64,000 nucleotides of DNA, from contig NW_004797422.1 in NCBI RefSeq assembly GCF_000002075.1, forward strand, positions 252,549-316,548. The letters are read 5' to 3'. The DNA is from Aplysia californica (taxonomy: Eukaryota). A program made the translations under genes and the position numbers. Within the stretch, counting starts at the first letter, position 1, and each line of letters begins with the position of its first letter. The notes under the pieces were generated by a model. The model ran no database searches and was not told where the DNA came from. It saw nothing but the letters and a program-made list of their open reading frames with translations. Shown one piece after another: positions 22,597 through 36,500 of the stretch.

Positions 22597-24583
22597 CAAT
22601 AGAAACAACACTGATATGAGCTAAGTTATTAATTCCTTGTTAGAAGAGGAGATGCCTTGGGCCCTATGGACAGTCTTAAAATTCAAAACTCAGATCCAAA
22701 AATCAGTCTCAAAACCAAAATTCTTTTCGTTTTCACGCAGGCGAACTGTTGCAAGGCCCTCAAATCCTGAACGGCGAAAAATCACAAGCATTTTTAAGTT
22801 TAAGAGCAGAGTTGAAAAACTTTTTTTTTCTCCATTTATGAAGTGAGAAATAAATAGGTTCTATATGATTTGTATAGGATTCATTGTATATTATGTTTAA
22901 TGCCCCCATTAACACAATTTAATTATAATTATCTAAAATTAAAATGATTTACCCAAGATGAATGACATAACATCCCAGCATACAGATGAGGATATTCAGT
23001 CAAATAATTTCCCCACGTGGGAATCAAACTCAAATTTTCTGCATGGGAGGACAAAGAGCCAAACCATTACAACACAGATGCGTCATGAAATACTTACATA
23101 AGAATTTTAAGGCATTCGCATTTGCAACACAAATAGCTCATCATACAAGTTCCAAGGATTAGAGGTGTTACGAGAGAGTAACATACAAATAAAAGAGAAG
23201 AAGTAGAGATAAGGACGATAGACGCTTTATAGGACAGAGGGAGAAACCACATCAGGGCACACGCCAACTTCCCGCATGCAAAACTTGAGGAATACCCAAA
23301 CACACAAAACACCACACAGTGACTTCACAGGAACAGAACCACTAAACATGCACAAACTCTATAAAATTTAATCAATTCTCTATTCAAAATAACAGTTAAA
23401 AAAGAAAAGAAACTATATTATTACCCATCACCAAAATAAAAAAACCACTTGCTCTTTTGTCCAGCATGTTGATTACATTATACTGACAAGATTAGCAAAA
23501 TCTAAACAAATATCAGCATTTTTTTTTCAAGCATGAGAGTCATATGAGTACAAATGTACAAAAATAAGGCAAGCTAGGAAATTAACCTTCCATTTGGTGA
23601 AATGCAATGGACAAGTGCATAAAGTGTATATGTAAAAGCATCCTTGACACTCAATCATGGGACAGAAATTTCAGATTTTATCTGTGTCCTCATCAAATAC
23701 TTGGTGGAAAAGGAAACCCCATTGACAGTAGTAGCAAGTACTTACATCAAGACAACAGGAAGGTCAAAAGTTGTCTTTCTTACAACCAAATTATTGTACT
23801 GACCATCATGCCTTTTGATCCAAACAAAACAGGATAATAACAATCCAAAAGAAAGAGGCCAGAACATACTGATGGTTGCAACAATACTGTCATAACAACA
23901 ACAATAGCTTTGAAGTTTGGATGTAGGTTGCAGAGGTTTTCCCGTGCAATCACTAATATCATTGTTCCACTACAAGTAACTTAATAAAATGAAAATCACA
24001 TATAATTGAACTTGGAATTCTGTGCCTTGATGGAACCCCACTTGCTGTGCCGATATCTTAGTGCAGCTAGCGTGGAAAGACATTATCTTGAACGCACGTG
24101 TGATATTAAAGCACCAAATCAAGAAAATCTGATATGAGCCAGTTCAAAACATAAACATAAGATTACGAAAAAGTTACAATGATAATATAAGCGATGTTTC
24201 GAAGTCATAGCTATTATTCTATTTCTTTCTACACCTTATAATATATTACTATCTTGTGTAATAAAACATCATCAAACAATTCAATAAGGAAGAAACAATA
24301 TCAACGAAAGAGCTGAGCTTTGTCTAAAAGGAAATTTTGTTCTTTTTAAATAGAAGAACCCCCTCTCCCACACTTTCCCCTTTTATCAGACACATAAACG
24401 AAAAGCAAAGCATAAAACAAATCAAAAGAAATACCCCCTTGTCCACTAAAAATACCGGTACAAAGAAAAAGTTGTTTTAACAAACGTTACAACAATGACA
24501 AAGCAAACAGAGCTGGATGGTCAGGAACAAGTCCGTAATAAACTGCTGTAGAATAAGCATCTTGTTGGTAACCGTCCAACTGT

Positions 24584-27500
24584 TTAATCATCCCAGTCAT
24601 CATCATCACTGACATCGTCGTCATCGTCATCATCATCATCGTCGTCATCTGAAAGCACAAACTCATGTTATTAGTCAAAAGAGAATCATCGCACGTTATA
24701 CTACTCTACATGTAAACACATTTCTCTTAAAATAAAAAAATTAATCTGCAATTCTATTGACTAGTTTATAGCTATGGTAGAGTACCGTTTAGAGAAGACT
24801 GACATTTAAACTTTCATTTACAGCTGGGAAAAAGCAAGCTAGACAGAAATAATAGAAGAAGACAAAAGAAGTAAGATTCACAAGAGGCACCCTCCAACTA
24901 CCCACATCCTTGGAAATAAAAAAATCCTCAATAATGGTTAAGTTTTTTAAGATTTCACAACTTAGGAAAAGCAGGGTCCAATTATCTGACTTATAGAGAC
25001 CTAATGGCGGTCAAATGGTGCTGGGAAAGGGTGTTGTGACAACACACTAAACAGGAAACAGAGAAAGAAAAGGATCCAATTCAGCACACATCTAAAGCAA
25101 ACCTATCCCATACGAAAAACCAGGGAGAGTCTAATATTTTACAAACAAGTTTTTCAAAGCAACAACATAGATGTATAATACATTAACCATACCTATACCA
25201 AATAAAAACGTAATATTTAAAAGAGAAACACAGGAAATATAAAAAAGACCAAACATATGTGTGTACAAACGAAGAATAAAACAAACAGAATCACTGGTTA
25301 CATCAACATTTTGCACAGAAAAATTAGGAAAAGGAAAACATTCGTCATGCTAGATTACAATCAACCACGAGCAGAGGCAATCATCAGAGGGAACAAAATC
25401 TTGATCTATGAGATAGATCTGCATGCTAGAAGTTCAGTATGAAGGCTCAGAAGGGCTTTGTGACAAAACGGACCATCTTCACTATTCAAACTTGTGCCAT
25501 TTTTTAAAAAATCTACATCTACAGCAGAACCTTTACTATTTAAATAAATATTTTCAGGCCTAAAACATGCTGTCACAAAAATTTTGTTCAGCTTTGATTA
25601 AATTTTTCTTCAAGAAAATGCAGGTCATGCATCAAGCAATCAGGTTTGGACAGGACAGGTTTTGTCACAAAACTATTCACACAGTGTACATAAGAAAAAC
25701 ATGAAACCATTAAAAACAAATATATTCTTTACATAAATTCCTTTACCATAAAAGAGATGAAATGCTAGAATAAAAATTCCTTCATCCAGCCACAAATATT
25801 TAGTTGAAAAAAAATTTGGCAAATCAACACAACATAATCAAATTTTTACTGTCGTCAAAATTATGAAAATATGCCACCAACTCGGGTAACAAAATCCAGA
25901 ACTGCAGGCATGCAAAAGTGATGACCATTATGCTGATCTTTCGATTTTTTTTGTCAAATATAGTAGAGTACGCTTAAACCGAACACGGTTAATCTGAAAA
26001 CAGCAGTAAACCGAAAGAAAAGAAAATCCCCAATTTTTTTCTTCTATTTGAGCAACCTGTTTAAACCAAGAACCCGGCTTAACTAAAGAAAATCTAATTG
26101 TCCTGCATATTTCGTTTTAAGCGAACACCGCTGTATCAATCTCCAAACAGAAACACTAGTGCCACGAGCAAAGGGAAAACGGTGATTTTGGTTGGGGGAG
26201 GGGNNNNNNNNNNNNNNNNNNNNNNNNNNNNNNNNNNNNNNNNNNNNNNNNNNNNNNNNNNNNNNNNNNNNNNNNNNNNNNNNNNNNNNNNNNNNNNNNN
26301 NNNTTGGCGGAGGGGGGGGGGAGGGTGAAAAAGAGGGTGAGGAGTGAAAGAAGGAGTGAAAAAGAGAGGTATATAAGGAGGAACAGAAGAAAAGAGAGGG
26401 AGGGAGAGACAGAGAAAAAGAGACAGAGGTAAAAAGAGACACAAGAGAAAGAGAGGGTGAAAGAAAGAGAAAGAAAGAATTAGAACACATCGGTATTGAC
26501 CTGTGTCTCATGGTAGACAGAGCATAGCAAATACAAGGCCTATAAGGATGAGCATCATCATTTCACAGGAGATTTAGAGACGAAAAACAGGAGAAGCGTG
26601 CAAAAGTAAAGGCAATGGCAAGGAAAAATTTGGCTACATCGGTGTAAGAAAGATGTTCAAGCAAAGATATTTCACTTAGGGGAACTGCTCCTTCTCAAAA
26701 TACACAAGGAGACGGTGAAATAGAATTGGGTAGGGTGTGCACACTTTTCATGTTCCAGTATCCGGCATGTCAAATCATTCCTATGACCATCAGCAATACG
26801 TGTAATGTGTTGAGTGTCTGTATAGGTGAGATGTTGCGTATTAAGTTACATCGACATGTGATGTACCATACGAATGTAGGTATGTCATTGTAGGACAAAT
26901 TTCCAAGCACGGATTAATAAAAGTGTGGATTTTATCCATTGGCTTTTTTTTTTTCTTCAAATTCTCTATTTCACAGAAGTCAGTCAAACTCCTTTGAAGG
27001 TTGTTATATAAACAAGAATAACTATGGCCCAGTTACTGACCACTTCAAGGAAGAAATGAGCACTCAAAAGTGGTCTCCTCAAACCACTCACATCATATCA
27101 AGATATGAGGTTATTATGTTCTCCATCATTCTTATCAGTGTCCACATTTCTGGCTGACAACCAGTGACTGCAAACGACGTTATTTTGCCATTCACATAAT
27201 TTATACCATTTAAGAAACTATCTAGTTAGTCCTTAGTCCCTCCCTGTAAGGGCCAACTTGGGTTGAGTGGGACACAGCATTCCCAGCGGACAGATGAAAC
27301 TCAATGGAAAAAGTGTCCTAAAACAGGAACTGAATTCTCATCTTCTATGCCTAATGGCAAAGAGTCTAAGCATTATAACACAGATGCTAGTTACTTCAGA
27401 CTGTGTTACATTCTTCACAAATCCGCCGAGGGTGGGAGGTTGAAGGGCACCACTGGAAGGTCCGGCTTCTTTTCTTTCCCTTTTGTTATTCCTGTCTGTC

Positions 27501-30500
27501 TCTCTTACTTTTTCTCAGCAATAAATGACTATCATTGTATTGATTTGCTTCTCTTTCGTTATTCCTGTCTGTCTCTCTTACTTTTTCTCAGCAATAAATG
27601 ACTATCATTGCATTGATGTGCTTCTCTTTACTAAAAACAAACAATCAGATAAACAGTAACTGTCGGTGTAGTTCAATGTCTGAGTTAGTGAAAAGCAAAA
27701 AACACTGTGTAAGAAAAGGTTAGAGAAAGGGAACATTGCTGGTTAATAATAGAAGGGAAAATTGCTGGTTAGAGAAAGGAGAAATGGCTGGTTATTGGAT
27801 TGGAAAGGTAAATAAGCTGGTTTGAGGAAGTCTAATATACTGCTAGTTAGAAAAAGGGTAATTTGACGGTTAGTGAAAGGGTACACTGCTGGTTCACGAA
27901 AAAGTAGATGGTCAGTTAGTGGAAGGGTGAATCACACTCAAGAGTGGTCAGCAGTAACAAACAGGGGCTGGGGGCATGGGGTGTCGTCGGTCAGTGACCA
28001 AGGACTCGGGGATGCATTTCACCAACAGTCTGAGAGCATCACAGCCTGGCTTAATTAACTTTTAGTATACGGAAAGCTATTTCTCCTTTGTACGTGTCCT
28101 GGGTTTTTTTCAGCCAAGTTTTCATCTACACTAACTGACCTATTAGTGCGCCCGAATTTAGCTTACTTTCATAAAATAACACCAAACTGAGTTGAAATGA
28201 ATGATCCATGCTGTAAGCATACAGTCTGATTATTGATCAAATGAATTTGCTAAGGTGATTTTTGTTATGACTGTAAACAACTGAGTGATGCAGTGAGCCA
28301 GTTGAACTAGCGCGCCGCATACTAAGAGTTCATTTCATATCAAATGCACAATGAAATCTAAACTACAAGCACTTCTGGCACTTTGCTATTCATATGCAGT
28401 CGAACCTACTTAAACGTCCACCTGTCTAAGACAATCGCCTGTAAGAATAACCACTTCCCACTTCCCCACGCGCGCTTTTTCTATATTATAATGACACAGT
28501 CCAAGACATTCACCTGTCTAAGAAAACCACTTTTCTCCTCGAGGATAGGTGGCTGTCTCAGACAATTTTTACTGTATCTGACTAAAATTGAAAGGGTTTG
28601 TACTTAAAGAAAATTATAATGTTAAAGTAAAAGGCTTCACACCACTCCAAAAAAGAAACTCATCTCATCCTTTTTATTTTATTCTTCTGACCACAGTCCC
28701 CTGTTGCAGCAAGCTAACTGGCATTATGACCATTGCCTCATTCTGGGCTACTGTCCAATACAATATTTATCATGCACACATACACACACATGCATGTAAT
28801 GATAAGACATGAACATTTATTACTTTTCATTATTATTTCTACATATTACGATCTTGAAGGAACCCTAGAGGCAAAACGCTGAGCGACTTTTTTGTCTACC
28901 GTTAATTTGTCGAAATTTTATCCAAGTCTTCACTTCTTTTTCTGCACTTCTACACAAACATTTATTACTGGTGACTGTCAACGTTTTATGTCAACATCGA
29001 CACAATTGAGGTAGTTTGGAGCACCGGCTGCTTCTACCATGTCTGTTGGGATAAACTACCACAGAGTGGGATACCCACTTCAGGCTGCTGTGGTGACTAT
29101 CTACAGCAGTGTAAATCCTAGCAGGCCTGCTAGAAACTTTGACCGTCCACAGTGGCATACACTCATGTAGGCTTGCCATGATAATCACAGTAATGTAATC
29201 ACATGGTTCCATGCATGTCAGATAGGAGAATGGCTAGCTATAGTAACGGAGACCAGTATGGGTTAGCTAGAATTATGACCATGACTATTTACAGTAGTTT
29301 ACACCCAGGCAAGCAAACTTGGACTATGACCATCTGCAGCAGCGTAAACCTACCTAGGCCTGAAAGGACTATGACTGTGTACAGTAACCTATCCAGGCCT
29401 GCTAGAACTATGACTATCAACTGAACATAGTTCCGCGTAGACCAGCAAGGACTAAGACTACGACCATCTACAGTAACAGAGACCCATGCAGACTGGTGAG
29501 GACCATTACTATCTACATTATAGCGTAAACTTATGATTATCTACAGTAGCATAAACCTTTGTACGCCAGCTAGAACTATGACTACCTACAGTAGCATGCA
29601 CCTATGACGGCTTGCAATGATAATTTTCAACAGAAGTGTAAACCCAGGCAGGGTAATTACGACTATACCTATCTACAGAAGTGTAAACCCAACTAGGCCT
29701 GTTCTGACTATCTACAGCAGTGCAAATGTATCTGCACCAGCTACGATTATGTACAGAAATAAAAACCCAAGCTGGCCTGCTCTAATAATTTACAGCAGAG
29801 TAAAAGCGTCCCGGCCTGCTCGGACTATCTACAGAAGAGTAAACCCACACAAGCCTACTCTTATATATGGCAATCTACTGCAGTGTAAATGCATCCACGC
29901 CTGCTATGACTATGTACAGAAACGAAAACCCACGCAGCACACAGGCCTGCTCTGACAATCTACAGCAGAGTCAAAGTGTCCCGGCCTACTTGGACAATAT
30001 ATATAGCAGTGTAAACCCACACAAGCCTACTCATATATGGCTATCTACTGCAGTGTAAACCCGCACAAGCCTTCTCTTATATAGGTATCTACTACAGTGT
30101 AAACCCACACAAGCCTACTCTTATATATATATATAGCATAGCTGCCACTCATGAATTTAAAAAAAGGAGGAAATTCATGCGAAGGTGGACGCGCGCTCTC
30201 CGAAGGCCGGAGTAAAACCAGTGAAATCCAGAGGCAATATACTGGAAAATCTAGCCTATGGTTTTTGGAAGGGAAAACTGTCATATTTGTTAACCATAGG
30301 CAACCGAATTAAAATGTCTTTGAAAAAACCCAAAAAAAACAAACAACAACAACAAAGGCACTAAGTAGACTAACAAGCATTTGAGTTTGAGTCAATTTGA
30401 CACAGTTTGGACTTGGCGACTAAAAATCCAGTGTTTGTTGCAAGCTGGTGTCTTATAAAAAGATTTCTTCCACTTTAAACTTGCACATCGATGTAGAGCG

Positions 30501-33500
30501 CGCGCAGTATTGGATCAAGGAGGCAACACCTTTGCTGCTGTACTGAGCTCCCCTGTACAATTGCGGTCCCATTTGCATTTAACTTAGTAGTCCCTCTGTT
30601 GTGTGTAGATCTAACCTGAATTAAAATTATAGCCTAGGCTTTCTAATCTAGATCTAGAATCTAGATGTCTAAATATGGGTAAATCTAGATTACATCTAGA
30701 GATAGATTATAATCTAGATCTAGATTCACTTCAACAGCCACAATAGCCGTCATGTAAACAAACAGGACCGCAATTGTAAAAGAGTGCCGCGGGCCGCGAT
30801 TTCTTTAGCGCACCAAACTCAAAGTGCAGCAAGCGGCTTGTTCAATTTTCTAATGAACTTTTCAAGTCGCACACCCACTACTTCTTTCTCATTCCAGCTC
30901 CTTTATTTTCGCATTCTGCATCAATTTCTCTCGAATTTCCGCCGTTTTCAATGAAACTCAGCGTGCTAACTTCCAGATGCCCGATCGACACTGTGTTGTT
31001 CCACAATAAACAAAGTGAAACTAGCGCTAGGCCCTAGAAGAACGGAAGTAGAAAGCAACAGGCGGACATGCGCAAGCTGCGTTTTCGTCTCTCTCCCGGT
31101 TCGGTGTTTTCCGCGTGTAAAAAAAGTATCGCAATTTGCGGCCGAGAGTGGTCCAGCGGAGGAAGGAGGAAAGTAGCGGGAAAAGCTAAATGAAGCGAAG
31201 TTTCCGCTATTTAGCGGGAAAGTGGCAGCTATGATAAAGTTATCTACTGCAGTGTAAACCCGCACAAGTCTACTTTATAAATGGCTACCTATGCCAGTGT
31301 AAACCCACACAAGCCTACTCTTACATATGGTTACCAACGGCAATGTAAACCTACACAAGCCTACTCTTATATATATGGCTATCTACTGAAGTGTAAATGC
31401 ATCCCGGCACGAGTCAAAGGTCAAAGAGCAGGAGCAGGTACTCGGCTCTCTCACCGCTGTCCACACAAGCTGGACGCCGACTGGCCAGAGCTTTAGCCAG
31501 TGCCCCAACCAGGCCTCCCATTTCCTCCGGGCCGCTGGACACTGGTCTATCCTCCTGATTGTCCACCTTGATTACATCATGGGATATCAAGTGAGGAGTT
31601 AGCAGTGGGGTTTTTTTTCAAAAAGCACAAGAGACACGAGCGATATTCAGAGTCCTGTTATAATAATACTACAGTGGCCCGGACAGCAGTTCTCTTCTTG
31701 ACCTCAAGCTTTCAAGTTCACTGACGAGACATGAGTATTCTATTTCATGGGTAACTAAAATCTGAAAGAGAGAGTCGTTAGAGAAGCGTGTGTGAGTGAT
31801 TGTCCAACGACGTTGCACTATGAACTGGAAGCTAAAACAAAATGACCACAGCAAAAATTAGTAGGAAAACCAAGACAATATGGCAGACAAGTAGGTCACA
31901 GAGGGATGGGGGTACACCAGGTTGGAATCATCCGGATGAACACGGCTGCATGCAGAGACTACACACTGACATTTCCTTCCCGCACACCATCTACACGTGA
32001 TCTCTAATGGGAGAAGGGTGTATGTGTGTGAAGTTTATTGAGCTGGGACGAAGCAAAGAGGTTACCACAAGCCACAACAACCAAAGCAAAATGAGGACGA
32101 ACATGGAGATTTGACAGAGAAATTTGTTCTACGAGCACCAAGTACTCCCATTGTGAGCTTTAGGAGTTTGTAAGTTGTCAGTATTACCTTATCAACCTTT
32201 GAGTCAGAACGAGTAAAAAGTAAACTTTGAGCCCCCCATTCAGAACTTACTTGATCTGTCATGCACATTCAAGACCTCCACTCTCCATGGGATGGGGGGG
32301 GGGGGGGACATTCAAATCGCCTTGACCTCATGCACGAAATACATTTTTAAGTCTTTTAAGAATAGGGGGCCCAAGTTAATCATTACTCTGACTCTAAAGT
32401 AAAATCTAGGACATTACTCTATGAAGTTTCCCTATCATTAACTCAACAATGTTTGTTAAACTTCCAACTCATGAGACCAAGGATGGCTCTAGGATGGACG
32501 ACAAGCGTCAAACTCTTAGACAACAATTTAGAATGATGAGAAGATATGTTGCAAATTGTATGGGTTTAACAACCTCTTTGTCACAGACTGAGATAAATAT
32601 GTATATCGATTGCATACCAAGAAAAGAAAGCTACACCTCAAAGATGCCAGTGGCCATTGTATTATAAAATATACGAACTGTAGCTTTTTCCCCTAGACAG
32701 GGTCTTATTTAACCTTTTACTGCTTTAAAATATTTGGACACAAAGCGTGCCCCTCTCAAAGATATGATAGTACTTTGTTTCAGTCTTTTCTTCGAACGTA
32801 AAATAGATAGTGAATCAAATAACCAGTCTTTTCCTACGTTTTTCACTTTTCGGATACAAGACGTTTAGTAACAAAGGGCGTCAATTGCTGTGGGAATCTA
32901 GAGCCAGACATAAACCGATAGTGCTCTTAGAAACGAAAAAAGGCAACCAGAAGAAAATCCGTCCGGCAACAACAACCAAAGCAACTGAAAAACTCAGAAC
33001 CTGTGGCAGCGACAGCGAGAAAATATTCCTACAAAGTGAGAGGAGGAGAAGTGTCAAATCTACAACAAGGCTCCATCACAGAAATAGATCCAGGGGAAGA
33101 ACACACCACTCAGCCACATGAGCTTCCAAACATACAAAAGGAGATTCCAAACAATTCAACATTGCATTAGCACACTGACTTATAAGATTTATGAACTAAG
33201 TTGAGTAAGGGGGTTGGCGAGGGGGGGGGGGGTGGGGGGTGGGGGGGAGCAATGACCTGTCAATTGTCTGTATGGGTGTGAATTGGTGTAATATCACGTA
33301 TTAATATTATTTAACACTGATTAATTGGTGGATGTACATATATGCTAGTCATTGCAAACCAAACTTCCCCACCGAGATAAATACTAATAAAGGTTGTATT
33401 TATTCACTGGGGTGATGTTCTGTACCATTTAACTAGAAGTATCATTTAACTAGAAGTATTATATGTGTACTTATGTATGTATGCATGCTATTGTAAACCA

Positions 33501-36500
33501 AATCAATGAAAATTGCAATTATTCCGTCATTTCTAGAAGTGGAAATATCTAGAGATTCAGAGTGGAAATTTGGGTTTGACATCACTCACAGACTGATATG
33601 GCATGTTCTTCCCAGTCCAAGAAGCCTTCAGAGCACAAACACCAAACAAACAAACGACATGTACGATCCATGGTAGCGGTTGCGTTACCTGATCCATGGA
33701 TTTGCTTCTGGCGATTTGCCAGAGCTCGGGCGAGAGCACCCACCAACCCGTTAGCTTCGTTTGACCCTGATGAGGGTCTCTCGCTCGGGTCAACCTATAT
33801 TTGTATATACAGCAGCAAATAGGGTTATTGAGTGGCACTGCTAGAAACATGAAATGAAGTATGGTACACAATACGTCAATAGTCATGTCCAGGCATCGAA
33901 ATAAAACGAAGAGCAAAATTAAATTATACTATTGCAAATACGAGAGTAGAAAAGAACAGAAATTCAAACTGAAACTCAGCACGGATGATCAAAGGTTATG
34001 TTAGCACCCAAGAAAGAAAATGTCTCTTTCATACTCTAGCAATACCCCCTCTCATTTAAAAGAAAAGCGAGCAACAAAAGAAAAACAAACAAACAGTTCA
34101 GATAAATCCAAACCTCATGGCTGAAGAGGAACACCGGATTAACCAATGTGCCTTTGTTTCTGAGGAATCAAACTGAATCTTCTGTTCCATTGAGTCTTGA
34201 GTTTACGCTCAGTCATTCTAAAATTCAATGAACAAAATCAGATCAATTTACACGAGAAAAATCCACCATACAAACACTTTGTAGAAATTGTGACAACTGA
34301 AAACAATGTCTCACCAACATCTTCGATGTGATGGTTTGGCTCTTCATGGGAGCAAACAAAAGATATGGGTTCGATCATCTTGTGGGATTATCTCTCTGAT
34401 GGAGTGCTGCTTCTCACTCGGCTTACATTGGCCCTGACACATACGGTTCAAGCAGCCTGCCTCCAAAAAGACCCAATTTGTGTTGATGGAGGCGTAAAAG
34501 ACTCCTCACAATCACTTACACTAACAATCAACAATGTCTTCTTAATTAGAAGTTTCTAACTTTTAACAGAAATGTTTCATATATATGAGAATGTTGGGGA
34601 ATTGCTTCAAAACAAGATCAAAAGACAGCTCACCTTCTTCAGTTGAGCCCCATGTCTGATGGCGTCCAGAAGCTGACCGCGAGAGTCGGCCGACTTAGGA
34701 GCCTCATTGCTGGTGTGAGAGGACGTCTTCAGACTCGCGCCACCTCTGAGGGTGAGACAAAAAACACATTGAAGAAGAGTATCCTCTAACCGTAGCAATT
34801 GATCTCTTAAAAATTTTTCAAAAAGCAAAACAAAACTTTAAGAAGGACTGTTCCAATTTAAAAGTTGAGAGTAGACGCAAAAATTACCCTCCCCCCCTCC
34901 TTTTATTCTATTTTATAGCTTATGCCAACTCTAATTGTTTTATTATGAAACCATAGATCGACCTAAAAAATGATTTAAAGAAAAAAAAAAGAGCTGACCT
35001 ATTTCTTCTGATTACAATACAGCACAAATTATGCTCGTGTGACATCATTTTGAGTGTAAGTTTGTTGACGGTTCATAAGCAGATGATGCTTTGAACAATT
35101 GTGCATCAGGAATTCATGGCACTTACAACTAATCATAATATACGCCACCTAAATTTAAGACAACTGAACTATAAGGATACATCACAGACTTGAATTATAA
35201 TATCCTAGACCGGACAGTACCACGAGCGCCGCTCTTTGCTCTCTATAAAAATTTCACTGTACTGATGAACCCCACGGGCATGCAAATGAAGGGCAAAGCA
35301 CTGATTTCCCTACAGTCGAGTGTGTGCTCATCTTTTACCGTCTTGCTTCTTGCCCTACATTCGTTTCCAACTATAGAGTCAAACGGTGCATTCCACGAAG
35401 AACCAAAACTATGCCAGAGTGCAGGATTTTGGATATTATTATGTAGTTCTAAGGGATACATACAGCCGAACAACAACCGAAGTTTGCTCTGAACAAAAAG
35501 AGCCACAGTTAACTCCTAAGCTCCTCCCTACCTGATGGCTTCCATCAACGCTCCTCTCCCAGAGGTATCAGCTCCGGCTGGGCTCGCCGTAGGTGGTGGA
35601 GGGGGAGGGGGAGGAGGGGGTGGGGGTGGGGGGCCTCCAGCGGGGGGAGGGGGAGGTGGTGGGGGTCCTCCTGCTGGGGGAGGAGGTGGGGGAGGCCCGC
35701 TGGAAGGTGGTGGTGGCGGCCTCGAGCCCATTGCCATAGGTGGGGGAGGGGGAGGAGCCGCAGACATGGGTGGGGCCGGAGGGGCGGAGCTAGGGGCTCT
35801 GTGAGGAGCTCCTGGGGCGCGGGACGGGGGTGGAGGCGGGGCGGCTCCTCTCATGGGTGGAGGGGCTCCACGGCTTGGGGGAGGTGGGGGAGGCATGGCT
35901 GCCCTCGATGGGGGTGGTGGGGGTCCGGATGATCGAGCTGGGGGAGGTGGGGGCATTGACATGACTCCCCGGTTGCTAGGGGGAGGAGGAGGGGGGGCAC
36001 CTGAAGAGGAGAAAGAGAAAAGCTATGGTCATTGTGTCTATTCATTCAAGAGCTACAGACGGTTACACAGTCAACATTGGAAATATTCTTCAGAGGTAAT
36101 TTTTATCCAGGACCTAGCTAACTACGACCAAAGAAATAGATGAGAATTCATTGAAGCACTCGAGATGTGTGGCAAATTAGCTGTAACAGTTTTGGGCACT
36201 TTTTTGGAGCATTTGCAATACTAGGCATCCATCATCCATCTAACAAACAAGGAGCATAATAATAATATATGGCCTACATTGCTAAGAGTTTGACAATAAT
36301 ACAATAGAATTGGAATATGAATCCTCCATTATACTCCATATAGATCTAGTGATCTAAATAAATCTAGATCTAGTAGAACATGTGAATAGGAATAGGCCTT
36401 GAACGAGAAATCCGCATCCGATTCCAAACAGAGGGACTCAGCTGAGTCTAGAGTCTAGATCTAGAATCTAGATTAGATCTTTATTCTAAGTAAATAATTC

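Noticed and set aside
27400-27480. GC-rich stretch considered as the missing WASP C-region exon
   Set aside because: No suitable splice sites or motif; the true exon was found at 31455-31566
29090-31410. CRISPR-like array
   Set aside because: Degenerate head-to-tail tandem units with no unique spacers, in a eukaryotic intron, with no cas genes
35535-36143. Gly-rich plus-strand ORFs
   Set aside because: Antisense shadow of the WASP poly-proline exon
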